A DNA stretch of 64,000 nucleotides from Moniliella sp. 'wahieum' (GCA_003971905.1 RSEE01000036.1:372001-436000); one strand, 5' to 3'; positions 12,524-26,051 are shown, counted from the first letter of the stretch. The notes: a model not told the origin generated them from the sequence alone. Program-made: numbers and translations.

Positions 12524-14136
12524 ATGACCTGGCCGCCCCCCGCCGCCCCCGCCCCTGTGGCGTATGCGCCCCCGCCCCCATCCGCCGTCTCTGCCCCGCC
12601 CCCGCGCCGAGGACGCCCCCCGCGGTCGGCATCAACAGCGTCCAAGACGACGACACGAGCCAAGCGCAAGCCCGCTTCGTCCCGCACCCCCCAAGCCACG
12701 GGCCTGCCCGCCCCCTTTCCCCCCGTGCCCATGCCTGTGGGCGAGGTACTGAATGCGTTGGCTGGCGCGGTCGCCATGACCGCATCCGTACTCACCCCCC
12801 CCCCAGCTGCGCCAGTTGTCTCCCCTCTGCCCGAACTGGACGAGGCGGGGGCGGAGGAGCTGACCCGCTCCAAGCCTGGCCGCAAACCACTGAACGATGT
12901 ACCGGCTACCCGACGCACCGCACAGAATCGTGCTTCGCAGCGCGCCTTTCGTGAACGCCGCCAAGCGCATCTTGCCGATCTAGAGGGGAAGGTGAAACGG
13001 TACGAAGCGGAACGTGGAGCGATTGCTTCGCAGCTTTCCATCCTAGCCCAGCGCGTGAGGGAGGAAACTCCACGGGTGTATGCGTTGGAAACGGCCCTTG
13101 TGGCTCGCGACCAAGAAATTTCGCATTGGCAAGCTCGGTGTACCGACTTGAGTCGGGCCTTGGATGCGGTTCAGGCGGCGGTACGCAACTCGATGCCAGA
13201 CAAGCCCCCGGCTGCCTCCAGCGAGACACCCAGGCCAGTCTCTCGGCCCTCGGCACCTCCGCGCCGCTCCCTCGAGACGGTCACCACCCCCACGGCTTCA
13301 TCCACCACCCTGTCCCCCTCGCCGCCTGGGCCGAAGCGACGGGAGACGGCGAGTAACATCATGCCAACGGCACTTACCATGCCCAATGGTGGAGTTGGTG
13401 TGTGGACCAGCTTGCCTCCGTTGGACGCGCCTGGCGCCACCGAGGACGGCAAGTGGTGTGGTGGGTGCGTCAAAGGCGGGGAATGTGCGTGTCGCGGGAT
13501 GGGATCATCGACTTCGATGCGGGTGCGCCGGTAGCCGTCGTCACTGGAACCGATGCCGTGCCACTTCGTCAGAAGCGCAGCAAGGCTTCCGACACAAAAC
13601 TGTGGTTGGTGCAGCCGTGCAGCGAAGAGACAACCGTCGCCCCTGCGAGCGAGGTGCCCCAGTGCTCGGGCGATCCCCGCACCTGTGGTGCCTGTGGTAC
13701 CGACCCGGGTCTGGCTGCGTTCTGCGAGGCGGTGAATGAGGAGGAACGAGGTGGAGATGTGCCCGTGGCAGCCCGACTTGCCCGCCCGCCTAGCCCTTCG
13801 GGCGTAGAGGAAGGCGAGCAGGAAGCGTCGGTACCCGAGGCGTGGCAGCAGCTCCGCTCCCACCCCCACTTTGCCTCCTTTACGCATGACGACCGCGCGG
13901 GGCTCAACTTGCTTGCCGACGTGGTGGCGGGCCGGCATGCGCTTCTTACTGTCCCAGACGCAGGAAGTGGGCGTGCGAGCTCGTCGGAGCCGCTGGCCCG
14001 TCGCAAGCGACGCCGGGTCCATGTGGATCGCGATGGAATCCGAAATGCGTTGGCGCTCTTGGACAGTGGCGCCTGGCCCGCAAGCCGTGCCACGACACCC
14101 CCTTCCCCTACTGCTGCCTCAACCAAGTCGTTGTGA
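12524..14136 (+). CDS. HapX/Yap-like bZIP transcription factor with cysteine-rich regions
   Basis: KPGRKP..RRTAQNRASQRAFRERRQAHLADLEGKV; CGGCVKGGECAC; CSGDPRTCGACGTDPGLAAFC; EAWQQLRSHPHF..LNLLADVVA. One frameshift near 13500 joins ORFs 12524-13534 and 13402-14136. Confidence 0.85.
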
Positions 14137-16027
14137 AAGCGAATGGACACGGAAGAACGATGTGGATGCTACTCTCTTGGTCCACTACTACTACTGCCAC
14201 ACTGGACACTGCGTGAAGACTCAAGTATTATGTCTACAAAAATCTTGTTTATCGATCTATCCGGAGCCCCTCCGGCCCCCATTCTGCTTCGACCAACTGT
14301 GGTTGGTCCCCAGAAGAGACCGGAAGCAGTGCACAGACAGGAAGAGTCAGATGGTACATAGATAGAGCCTTGGAGGCCTTGTTAGGTGGTGGATTAACCA
14401 CAGAGCCCGCCCACCACCCTCGCCGGCTCCCATCAGACACGAAGCATTCTCAGCTGTCGTTCGGGCTGTCGTCGTTGTCAATCCGATGGTCTACGAGTGG
14501 CGCCAGGCCTCTCCCCATCCGCTCCAGCCCGAGATCACCCTGTCCACCAGAACGGCTACCAGCAAGGAATTCGTGAATTGTCCTAGCCCGCTTGGGCGCC
14601 AAACGCACATTTCTTCCCTACCCATTCTGTCCACTGGAGAGGGCCGAGGCGAGAATTCAGGACAGAGCGGTAGCCCAAATGCTGCGACGCGCCATAGGAG
14701 GCTGGCTCGGGCACGCGTACACGAGGCAGCACGACGACAGGCAAGGGGAGGCCGAGCATGTCCCAGCTGCGCCTGGCCCACGTCTACGGGCCAAGCCTTC
14801 CTGAAACCGGCTTCTGTGCGCTCTACCCAATCTCATCCGCCTGCACCGTAACAGGAGTTGGGAGCGGCGAGTCGAAGAGAGAGCCAGATTGGCCGCGTTG
14901 GACGATGCTGCGCAGAGGAGAGAGGGAGCTTTGGGCCTGGACGGACCGCAGCTTCATACGCTACAGAGACGGTGACCGTGCGAATTGTCTCCACGTTGCT
15001 TGCTTTCGGTGTGGGCCCACCACAGGCCAGGGAGGATAAGTTGAATAAGAACGCGACAATGGGCGTGGGCGTGGGCGTGGGCGTGGCACACTACCCCAGG
15101 CCCAAGTCAGTAACAACGGGCCAACACGGGGTGCCTACCCGGGGTGCCGACGCTGCCCCCGCTGGTACCGACTTGCCGCTAGTCGAGCCAGGGACAGACG
15201 AGGCCTCTGTTTGTCGCGTACGTGCGGGCACTCGAGAAGTGAGTGTGCGCTGTGGTCTGGTTGCGGGTCGGGATCGAGGGCGGTGGGGCACAGGACCGGA
15301 GCAGGCGCCAGCCCAGCCCGTCCCCTCGGTCCAGCCTGGAGCTTGGCCTTGGCTCCATGCGACGCGGGGGGGGCAGCTAATGCGTCGGCGCGGCGTTGCG
15401 TAAACGTGAGTCTGCAACGTGGCCCACCAGGACACGACGACATCCCCTAGCGAGCAAGGTCTAGTCTAGCATGCCCTGCTCAACGTCAATCCCCCTCCCG
15501 GCAGCCTCGTCCCCGACACGCACCTGTGACGGGGACGAGGCTGCCACGGGCAAAAGCACCAAGGCACGGTCCTGATGCGAGGCACAGCCGCCCTGCTCGC
15601 CCTGTCGCCGCCACGGTTTGTCTCAAATTGCACGGCGATTGTGGCCTGGTGGGCCGTTCGTGTTCGTCCAGCCTCTGGACCCGTGGGCCCAGCAGGCAAG
15701 GCGGATGATGTGTGAATAAGTAATACGATGCGGGGGGTTCATGAGATTCCGGCCGGCGGAAGGGAGAACGAATGAAGATGGAAGACTGAGTGGGGACAAA
15801 GGAGGAAGGAGTGAGGAATGGGGAATGGAGAGTGGGGAATGGGGAATGGGGGGGAAGGGGAGATACTGGGAGCGCGCGGGGGGAAGGTGTGCAAAGATGG
15901 GGTGAATTGGTAAAAAAAAGGGAGCTCAATGCAAAGCGAGGGGAAAGGGGTGGGGTACTTTTGGTTGGATGCGGGGGGGGCAGCCGACAAGAAGAGCGAG
16001 GCGAGGCGGACGAGCGTCGGACTGAGC

Positions 16028-19000
16028 TCAGGCGTCCCAGCTAAACTGCGTGCTGGGTGACGAGAGGCTGTCGTCCGTTGTGCCCGAGGTGGGGTAGGAA
16101 CTGGGGTGGAGAGGGGCGTCAGCGTGCTGAGCACGCCCTCGAGGTGAAAGCCGATATGGACAAAAAGCGTGGCATGCGGCAACGGATTGAGATAGGCATC
16201 GTACAAGGGCAGGTGATGGTATCCCTCGGCCAAGGAACCAACGCTGGCCATGTGTGCTGCGGCTAAGACTCGTCCGGCCTCGCCGTCCTCGGACGAGGAC
16301 CGGTGCCGGAGCGGGGAGAGCAGCTTGGACTTCCGCAGCTCTTCTTCCGCATGGGACCAGACTTGGAACCGACAAAGGCGAGATCGAGCAGGCCGCCCGT
16401 CAAACTCCCGATGCTCCGATCTCCGGCCAGCGCCATGCCAGGCGCAAGCGGCACGTCCAACGGTACCGACAACTCTTCGTCCCAGCGCGGGTTGAAGCCG
16501 TTGCGGTGCACGACCTGAGTACTTTTTTCTCGACTCCCTCGCCACTTTCGCGTCGCTCAGCTTGGGCAGGGCGGGCGAGAGCGAACGTTGTTCGCCCCAT
16601 TGGGGCGGGGTATGCAACGCAAGCGACACGGACGGCGACAACAGCTCTTCCTCCACCCGGGGTAAAAGTTGGGCCGAGATGACATGAACCACGAGGCGAA
16701 TGCGTACCTTGGCCGCACTCTCGTACGGGTCGCGCAGCGCACGAGGTTTGAGCACGTACCCAGCCGCCGCGTTGCGCGCAAAGAGCGCATGGGACAGCTC
16801 CAAGCCCAAGTCGCTCGTTTGCCAATTGAGCGCCACCTGCTGGCACCCGGCCATCCAGAACGCCAATGGGTCTGGGTTGGCCGACGTGTGTTTGCCCCGG
16901 GCTACATTGCTCATGAGAGACGGGTAGATGCGCACGAGGTGCGTCCGAGCGTGGCCCAAGAGCTGGGGCAAATGTTTGCGCGCGCCAGCTTCGGAGAGAA
17001 ACTGATCATCTGTTCCGGCGGCGCCGGGGCAAAGCCACGAAACTTGACGCCGACCGTGTAGACCAAGAGCTCGGCAAGCCGCGGCGACAGGGCGCGTTTG
17101 GTCGAGCGCAATTTTCGTCCGAGACGTCGCAAGCTGTCGTCCGACGTCGACGCATCGTCCGACACACTGCATCCTTCGCTCGACGAGGTCAGCACCGGAG
17201 CCAGCGGCAACTCTTCCTCCCCGGCCGTCAAGGGCGAGGGACAAGGGGAGAGGGTGAACGAAGGCGAAGGCGATACGGTGCTGGGCGCATGCACAGAATG
17301 GGCTTGCACGTTCTTGGCCTTGATTAGAATCCGCCCTTGCAGTTCCCGCGCGAGGGGAGATTGGGCGCATGGGCCGAGTACTGCAGACGCTGGGTAAGCA
17401 AGGCGGGGCCCAACTCGGCGCGCAGGATGGAAGCAAGGCTGTCCTGTTGTTGCAGCGTGTTGTGCACCTCGAGGCAGAGATGAGAGGCCAAGGCGAAGCA
17501 GCAAACGCATAGCGTGCCACGGCCCGGAGCGCATCCCGGATTCCCAATCGCGTCGTCAACGTTCGGCCGTGAGTAACCAGGGTTCTCCATGAGGCCCATC
17601 CCAACAATCAATTTCGATCGATCGGGCGCCGGCCTGGAGCGCACGGACCAAGCCCTGGACCTCGCTTCCCCCGACTAATTGGCCGGACACGAGGTAGGTG
17701 TTGTGGCTGGCCGCAATAAAGTACTCGTTCAGGGGACGGTCCATATCATGGGCACAGGCATCCGCATGAACCGCCCGTTTGGAAGGGTCGGGAGCAGCGA
17801 GGGCCAAGAGCGCCTCGGGGGTATGCGCAGACAGCCGTTGAGCATCCAGATGGGACTGGGCTTGGATGCTGGGCAACGCCCAAGGTGCGTACCGATCGGC
17901 AATGGCACAATTGTCTGCGCTCAGCAAAAGTTGGTAAACCGTCCAGTGTCAACAAGCCGTTTCTGCATCAGCGAACCGGCGGAACAGCATGGACAGGGCA
18001 TCGTCTTTCAAGACCATCTGAGGGCAAGAAGGGTCAGTCAACCTCGTTTGGGGCAACATACGCCTATACATAGGTCGAACCGGGAAGGAAAACACAACCT
18101 TTTGTTCTTGCGCCAGAAAACACCCAAATTCATGCTGGTTCATCCCAGTGTTCGAACCAGACCAAGCACCATAGATGGCGTCGACCTCAGGGCGGTACGT
18201 TAGCAGGCGGACAAAGACTTGGAACTGGGCAAAGTCAAGTGTGCCAGCCGCATTGGTGTCGGCCTTGGCGAAGAGGGCAGCGAGGGTAGACTGGGGAGCA
18301 TGGATGCCGAGTTGGCGACAGAGGCGCGCAGTGGCTGCCAGCCCTAAGCGCTCGCCGGGGGCAGGGGGAGGGGCGAGGAGCGCAGCATGAGGCGGGACGG
18401 CTGCCTTGGGCAGACGCAAGAGCGCAGGGGGGGAGAGGGAGGTGGGCGCGGTCAGGGGCGGAGCTGGAGTAGAGCCGAGGAGAGCGTGCTTGGCGAGCAG
18501 GAGGAGCTGGAGCGCGCCGCCAGCAGGCAAAGCTCTCGTCCGACAAGGCAATGAGGTGGAGCTGCTTGTCAGCGGGCGGGTCGCCCGGCCGAGCAAAGGC
18601 CCGGTACGAGACAGTAATCCACCTGGGTTCATGGGCAGCCGAGATACTAAGGGCCTCGCGGTCTGCCGCCGCGCAGCGCCGGCACGAACAGACACGAGAG
18701 AGGCGAGGGTGACGCGGTTGGACTTTTTGCTGGCCCACGTCATCTCGCCGGCGACAGCGTCAAGCCGGAAGCGGAAAAAGCGTTGGCGGACCTTGCGCGT
18801 AGTGACTTTGAGCAGCATCTCCCCACTCTTTGGGGGGAGGGCGGCAGAGCGGGCGGTGTGAGAGGATGGGGCAGGGGTGGAGCGGAAGCTGGCAATGCGG
18901 GCATCCGAGGAGCGACGGCGGGCTAGTGGGATGAGTGGCGGGACGGCGGAGCCCGGGGGGCGGAGGAGGTGGCGGGGGTGAAGGCGACGGGCGAGGGACA

Positions 19001-19366
19001 TGGGGCTGTCGATGACAGGTAGCGTCGCTGCTCGGGCAGGGAAGTGGAGCCGGGGAGGGGGTTGAGGATGAGGATGAGGATGGGAATGAGGGGGAGGCTG
19101 AGGGGGAAGGTGCGGAGGAGGATGCGAGGGGACGAGAGAAGGCGAATGGGATGAAGGGCGAGGGCAGGCGTCGGCGTCGGCGTCGGGTGGAGGCGGGCGG
19201 CGCGGGGCCGCAGAGACGGCTGGGTGGAGGACATGGGCGCGGGGCCAAGGCTGGGCTCGGACTGGCGGCGGAGGATGGACGAAGACATGGCGAGGGACAA
19301 GGCGGCGCGAGTGCGGGGGGGGTGGAGGTCATGTGCGCCGGGTGGGGGGGGCGTGGGGCGGGACAT
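16028..19366 (-). CDS. PLC1: Phosphoinositide-specific phospholipase C (PH, EF-hand, X, Y, C2)
   Basis: [34 protein letters not shown]-box [34 protein letters not shown]-box [22 protein letters not shown]2 [17 protein letters not shown]. Intron ~18019-18099. Start (19288 or 19366) and stop are approximate. Confidence 0.92.
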
Positions 19367-20014
19367 GGGGGCCGGGGGAGAGGTGTGGGAGAGGTGGTGG
19401 GAAATGGGGTGGAAGAGGTGGCAGGAGAGAAGTGGCAGGAGAGAGGTGACTAGTGATAGCAGAAGAGTGGCAAAAAAAAGGCAGGCGGCGGCGCAGAGGA
19501 GAAGCAGCGATGGAGGCGGCTGGGCTGAGGGGTGGGGGTGGGAGTGCCGGTGCGGTGTCCTACGGCGACTGGGGACGGAGCGGCGAGTGCGGAGGGAGGG
19601 CTACGGAGAGCAGCACCGAGTGAGCAGACGGGATGAAAGAGGAAACGGGCAAGGATGAATGACGCAACCGCGTCTCCAACCCAGCGCCTGCCGCGAGAAG
19701 AGCGCTGCGCAACTCACGAGCGAGCCCAACGCTGGGCCGCAACCCTCCCGCCACAGGCGCAGGACCGCACACGCAGCCCAGGCGCCGCGGCGCCAATACG
19801 CGGCGCCCAGCCGCTGCTGCTCTCCAGCAGACGCCCCAGCGCTCTGGGCTGCTTCTGGGTTGTGAGTCAGATTCCGATTCGGATCTTCCAGCTCGCTTTT
19901 GTTTTTTTCTCTTTTCAAAAGCCGCGGGCACGCCGAGGCCCTGGGCACTCCACGGGGGTTACGTGGGAGTAGCGACTACCGACTACGGCGCTCCGCCCGC
20001 ACTGGCACCCTGTG

Positions 20015-20066
20015 GGCCTCAGCCTCAGCGCTCACGCTCAGCCTCAGAGCCTCAGCGCCTCAGCCA
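20015..20066. repeat. Degenerate (CCTCAGC/GCTCAGC)-type array
   Basis: gcctcagcctcagcgctcacgctcagcctcagagcctcagcgcctcagcc. Confidence 0.7.
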
Positions 20067-20337
20067 TGTTACGCGTTCCCTGTTGCCAGATACGCCGGCC
20101 CCGGCACCGCGCCACACCGCACGCGTCACCCGTCCGTCGCTGGCCGCGTCAACGACGCGAACTTTCTAACGTTCCCTGCCCAGCCTGCGTCATACATCGC
20201 GGCCCGCCTCCACACTCACACCAGACACTGCCCCCGCCGCCTGCTCCGAGCTCCGAAGCTCCTCTGCCGTGCCAGCCAACGCGCAGCGAAGGCGGCAAAC
20301 GCCTATTGCCGAAGGCCCATGGTATGTGGCCCAATGC

Positions 20338-20470
20338 ATAAGGCCCCACGCCTAACGCCTATAAGACCTACGGCCTAAGGCCCCTAAGGCTAAGGCCGGT
20401 ACTAGTAATCAAAGGCCTAAGATCTAAGACCAAAGGCCGATACAGGCAAGGCAAGGCCAAGGCACATAGG
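20338..20470. repeat. Degenerate (CCTAAGG/AAGGC) array
   Basis: taaggcc..cctaacgcctataagacctacggcctaaggcccctaaggctaaggcc..aaggcctaagatctaagacc.. Confidence 0.7.
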
Positions 20471-20582
20471 CTGGGCAAGCACACGGTAAGCGTGCGAGGC
20501 CGACTGGGCCTGTCGTCTCCACTCTCCCCGCGCCACAGCAGCCCAAGTCGGGCCGGACCAGCTCGAGGTGACCGGTGATGTG

Positions 20583-20602
20583 TGAGCGCTGAGCGCTGAG
20601 CG
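20583..20602. repeat. Heptamer palindromic array (TGAGCGC)x2.9, core AGCGCT
   Basis: tgagcgctgagcgctgagcg. Confidence 0.85.
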
Positions 20603-22722
20603 TAGAAAGACATGGTATGGCGCGTGGAACTGGCCGCCTGCCTTCCTCTCTTCATGATCATCAACATAATCAACAATCACACTGTCATGCATCCTGCATC
20701 AGCGGTCGCATGTTACATAGCAGACCAAAGCCTACGTATCGTATCGACAGGGATACAAAGACCCCATTCGCGTGCGATCAGTCGCTGATCGGCGCGCTCA
20801 GTCCCAGGCGCCTCTGCGCCTCTGCCTTCTCCACAAAGCAGTCGCTCCAATCGTGAATCATGAATCAACAAGAATCAACAATCCATAATCACCAAGCTTA
20901 TCCACCGCCCACAGCCATCGGACTCCGCCTCAGTCACCAGTGCACACATGTGGCGCCAGTGACGCTCACCGGCACTCCCCTCCCCTCCGGCTCTTCCCCT
21001 CCCTGCGCCGCACGCCGCTGGCCCATTCGTCTTATCGGTTAGCAAGATGGCCCGCTCTCTCTTGTCTTGTCTGTCCCCCGCCGCGCGCACACCACAGACC
21101 AACCCCACGCAACACAGCGCATGGACAGAGTCGCAACCTCCGCGCTGCGGCTCAGCGCCTCGCCTGCCCCCCCTCCCCACGGAGCCCTCGGATCTCACAA
21201 TCGCACCGTGCATTCGATCACGCTCCTCTGGCGTCAATGCAATCAATATATGCCCTGGCCTTCATCCCTCTCATTCATCGGTTTAACGTTTACGTTTGTG
21301 TGCACCATGCCCACGCACCATCTATCATGTCGTGAACGTCAAACGACGCGACGCAGTATAGACTGATGCACCGTAGCACCATCAGTTGCATCAGCGGGCA
21401 CTGGTCAGCTCCGACACATTGACCTGATGCCCTGATGAGTCAGCGTCAAAACGGCAACCAGAAAAAGCCGGCTTGCCAGTAGTTCCCAAGCTCGGTCAGT
21501 CACGAGGGGATAGGCAGGAGAAGGGGAAGAGGAGAACGCGAGAGGAGGGAAAAGAGTTAGTGGTGCTATTACTGCAGTGTCAGTGGTACCTTCTAGGTCT
21601 GGGCCTATGCCTAGCTGTTGTGCCTGTGTCATTGTGCCGTCTGCTAGTAGTATATATACGGAACTAGCATGCCACGTAGTGGACGAGCCCCGTCGAGGCA
21701 CTGTCGCCAGCCGGATTGGCACGCTGGCACACCACACCCAATTGGTTGTACAACTCGCTCCTAGCCGGTGAGCTCAAGCGCACGGTCGCAGCCAGGCACT
21801 GTCTCAAGCGGCTGTTCGAGGTGGTGGCGTTGCATGCGACGGACCAACGCCTCAAGAGTGCTGTGGCTTGTCACTTGAACACCAGCGGCCGTGTCCAGGG
21901 ATAGCGAGCAAAGTCGTCGACCATGACAGGCGCATCGCGTGCCCTCCCCGCCTGGACCGGGGATGTCGACGACAGCGAGGTGCAGGAGAGAGAAAGGGCG
22001 GCAGGTCCGCCCTCGGCCGGCCGTCGCTGGTTGGGGGGGCGCGCAGTGACTCGAGATAAGGCACAGGAAGCACAACCCATGACGACCGTACCAGGCCAAC
22101 GTCGCCAAGCGTGACGCGTTCCCCCACTGGCTCGTCCGACGTGAGCGCTGAGTGCGCGAAGTTGGTCGAGCGGCACATAGTGCCAGCGCGTGTGCGCATT
22201 CCGCACCTTGACCAGGGCTACATCGATCGTAGTGGGGTATAGGCGACTCTGGGGGTGGTGCAGGTAGGTGCGGGGGGGCGAGGAAAGGAATATGGTGTAG
22301 TGTCTCGGCAGCGAGACGCGTATATAGGTTCGCCTGCTCTTCATCTGAGGAAGACAGCTTGGCCGCCAGGAGTGATCCAGCTGCGGATGCCGGCGACCGA
22401 AAGATGACCTGGTCTGAAGAAATCTGTGGAGAACGAGGGACAGTAGAAGCTGTCTTCAGTTAAGAGGATGTGGATAGGGGGTCCAGGTTGTGTGGGGACA
22501 TAACAAGAGACGGTGCCAAAGCCCTCAGTGCCTGTGACCTGCCCCGTTTTCCACCGTGGCAGGCGCGCGGTGAGCACGAAGATGGATAACCACACTCTCG
22601 TCGTTATTGAATACGGATGGTTGGACACCTGAATCGTATCGCGCACACATAGGTTGTAGTTGGCTGAACGGACACCGTCTGGTCGAAATGCTGCAGGTCC
22701 AGAGAGATGGTGGGGATGGCAG

Positions 22723-23799
22723 CTACGGCATGTACCGACGAGGGCGTGTGAACTGACGTGAACGGACGGCGACGGGAGTTGCCGCGACGACGGCCAAGCC
22801 GCGCTGCCCGCGATGGGCTCCGTTTCCGCTCGCTGAGATGCGCACCGTGGTTATGGAGGGAGCAACAGTCGGGGGGGGAGGCAGACGTCGGCGTGCCGTG
22901 GCTCGATCGCCACAGGTAGCATTATCGAGCTCGCTTACAACCTTGCATAGAGATCGCTTTAGCCATTCTTGGTCTGTGACCCCCCCGCTCAGCATGGGCG
23001 CCAGCAGAGCTTTGTCCAGCTTAATCGTTGAGGTTAGCTCGGATTGCTGGACAGCCGTACAGTGGTGAACTCGTTTATAGGTACTGCCGACTGGATTTGG
23101 CACCCATGTCGAGGTGAATCACCTTCCTTAACAGATTATGCAGCTCCCGGTCTGAGACGGTGCCATACAAGTCACGCAGCACGTGAGAGTACGCGGAACC
23201 AAGAGCCGAGAATGGCCTGCGTAATGACTCATTGTCCATCGATGGGAGCAAGATGTTGGCCAGATGAGTGTCCAGACTCTTATTGTATCCCTTCAGGGCC
23301 CTATCTTGCTCTAAATGTTCACGCGCTGGATGATCCCAAGCCGGGGAACGAAAAGTGTAGTGCACATGCGAAACGAACCATTAACATGCAGTTGCTCGTG
23401 GTAGGAACCACAGGACGAGTGGCTACGCGGGTGAGCTTGTCAGGGGGGAGGTCCCAAGGGTTCTTATCGTGGCATCAAGTTGGCCTCGAGAGACAGGTGG
23501 CGGCTTCGCCAGCAAGCCTTGTAAAGATCTGCATCGTCGAGTCGATGGAAAACCCGTGTGAGGTACCAACTTGTTGGAATTGCTCCAGGGCGAGATGCCG
23601 ATATTGAAAAGAGGGAAACGGGGCGAAGGACAACGTCATTGGCAATACGGAAGATGTCAGCCAGGACCCCGCCCGTTCCCTGGGAAGCTGATTGCGACTT
23701 CGGGATGGTTGTCGGCGATGTCGTGTGTGATAGCGACGAGTTGTGTGCGGAGCCCTTGTCGGGGGCGGAGTGATTGAGGGGTAGGTATGGAGAAGTCAA
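22723..23799 (-). CDS. Hypothetical protein, possibly with an F-box-like motif (frameshifted)
   Basis: Three consecutive minus-strand ORFs (23464-23799, 23075-23365, 22723-23103) with protein-like composition. IP..LTRVFHRLDDADLYKAC..SRHL resembles F-box spacing (LP..L..IF..L...DL..C..SR). Confidence 0.35.
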
Positions 23800-24489
23800 G
23801 GCATTCTGGGTGAGTGGGAAGGCACACGGATTTCGATTGTAATTTTTGTTAGACAGAAGAAGTCAAGGTATTGGAGGGAGAACCTCTGGAGAAGTAGAAC
23901 AATGCAACCGCGACGATGGTGGTAGGTTGAAGTTGAGGTCTAAAGCTAAGGCTAAGACCCTCATGCCACACCCTGAGACAGGGAATCGAATACGCTAGGA
24001 GGGAGATACTGTAGGCTTCTCGGAAACCAAGTTAAGAAGGGGGCAAAGTGGGATAATCGATAAGGCGCCAAGTGTGGTCTGCGTACACAGGTTTCGACGG
24101 CATCAACACCTGGACTGTGATCTATACTGGCATTTTTTCCCCCGCGAGAACCACCTGCCGCACTAGTAGGCTCCTACGTTCCAACCTTAAGCCATCTCTA
24201 ACCGTTTGCAAGTGCTACCCTTTACTCTCTTGTGTTACGCTTGCCCACTTCCCTCCCTCGAGAGTAGTTATCAATCGACCTAGAAATGAAGTGTGAGAAG
24301 AGGTGAGCCGAATCAGATGCGCGAAACAAGAAACAAGCACAAGCAGGCGCCGACATGCGGGGCGCCAGCATCAACAACCGCGTTAGCTGAGAGGACGATA
24401 GCGACATAGCCTCTGACACAAAGGCATATCTTCGGCCGCCATCCTACCTGGTCCTAGCACCTTAGCCTTTACGCTCGCTTTGCACCTCC

Positions 24490-26051
24490 TTACGACGAAT
24501 GCGCGCCAACGTCAGGTGCGACGGCCGACAGTGGGGCTTGGTACAGCTCAACCGAGGTGTGCTCATGCACCCGGTTGCCCATGCGCCGGTGGAGGTACGC
24601 GTGATACGACTCGGGCCACGGCCCGGCATTGGCCACCGTGCACCAGCCGCCAGGAACGGCCGGGGGCCGTGTGCCAGCTTGCTGGAGCGGTGTGGTAGGT
24701 TGGGTGCCCGAGGGGACAAAGCTGGGTGCCGAGGCGGTCGTTGCAACAGAAGCGGTCGACTCGAGCGAGAGGGCGTCGAGGTGCTGGTCCAGCACGCGGC
24801 ACTTGCTGCCTTCTGCAGCTGAGGTCGGTCAGACGGGACGATACACTGTTCCCGCCTGTCTGGCTGTCCCCCGCTGGCGAGCCGCCGAGCTGGGTCGTCG
24901 GCGCATGGTCGGCGCACGTGCACGTTCCCCCCAAGTGAACCGGCAAGTTTTCAGCGGGAATGTATTCGAGCAAGATGGATTTGTAGTCGCCGCCCGAATA
25001 TCAATCTTCTCCGTGTTCCAGCTGGAAGCCATGCCTTGATGTAACCAAACATGGTGGCAAACACCCAAGGAGCATTGATGATCTGCACGCGACCCGACAG
25101 TTCGGGGAAGTTGTTGTCGAGAATACCAAGCAAGGCTTGGAGCTGCGCTTCATTGCCCAAAACGTGCCGAGCCCCAAGCCCTGGATATTGACAATCATCA
25201 AGTTGTCCGCGACCGGCCGCGGCACCTGCGTTGACGCGCACGCATACTGGTACCGTATGGCCGATTCGAGCGCGACGGAGAACTTGGTCACAATGTCAGC
25301 TGGGGTCACTTTGTTAAAGATGGCGGTTGTGTTGATACCAGCCAAGTCTTGGATAAACACGGGGCGACCCAGCTTGTCGGTCTTGTGAAAGTACATTCGC
25401 CAACCCAACTCACTCACCGCCCCCTCCTCAGGCCAGGACCAGCCCGAGGCCAACTTGTCCTCCAGCGCAAGTGGTGGCACGCCAGCGTACGACGCCTTGT
25501 CCAACGCCGCCTGCGCCGCCGCCCGCTCCGGACCCGACGCTGGCACCACCGGCGGCGCATCGTACTTCCACTGATGGGCGCGCACGTACATATCCACCGC
25601 CCGCCCCACATTCCACTCCCGCGCCCGTAGCCATCGCAGGAGGTGGACACGTTGCTGCACTACCACCGGCTGCGACCCCCCGAGCCTCCACCTCGGGGGC
25701 AGGAGGACCGTCATGGGGGGCCCCGGGAAGCTGGCCATTCACCAGGCCAGGCAAGGTTGGTCACCGCAGCTTGGCGCACCACGGCAGCGGGCACAACCGC
25801 ATCATAGGGTGTGGGGAAGGCGGAGCTGTTTCTTGTCGTACAGCGCATAACAAACTGGGCCAAGAGGGATTCTGTCGTGGGGTCAGGTTGCCCACGTGGC
25901 CCGAGGGGATGGTGAAGGCTTTGACATGGCGGTCGTTGGCGTACGGGTCAGGGGGGGGAAGAGAGAAGGAGCTAGGTGCCGGCGAGGACTTGGACGAAGC
26001 GGCACTGGATCCAGCTGTCAATGAAGATTTGGGAGACGGAAGAGTAGACAT
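24490..26051 (-). CDS. Sec14/CRAL-TRIO lipid-transfer protein
   Basis: GHVGNLTP.Q; LLRWLRAREWNV; YFHKTDKLGRPVFI; DNNFPELSGRVQIINAPWVF; LLEYIPAENLPVHLGGTCTC; CTVANAGPW. ATG at 26049-26051. Confidence 0.9.

Noticed and set aside
14360..15700. Possible minus-strand gene between the bZIP gene and PLC1
   Set aside because: Only short unrecognisable ORF fragments; I cannot support a gene model.
15810..15960. G-rich (ATGGGGA)n tract, and G/A homopolymers at 45271-45316
   Set aside because: Simple low-complexity 3'-flank sequence without palindromic grammar; G-quadruplex potential is unremarkable in this genome.
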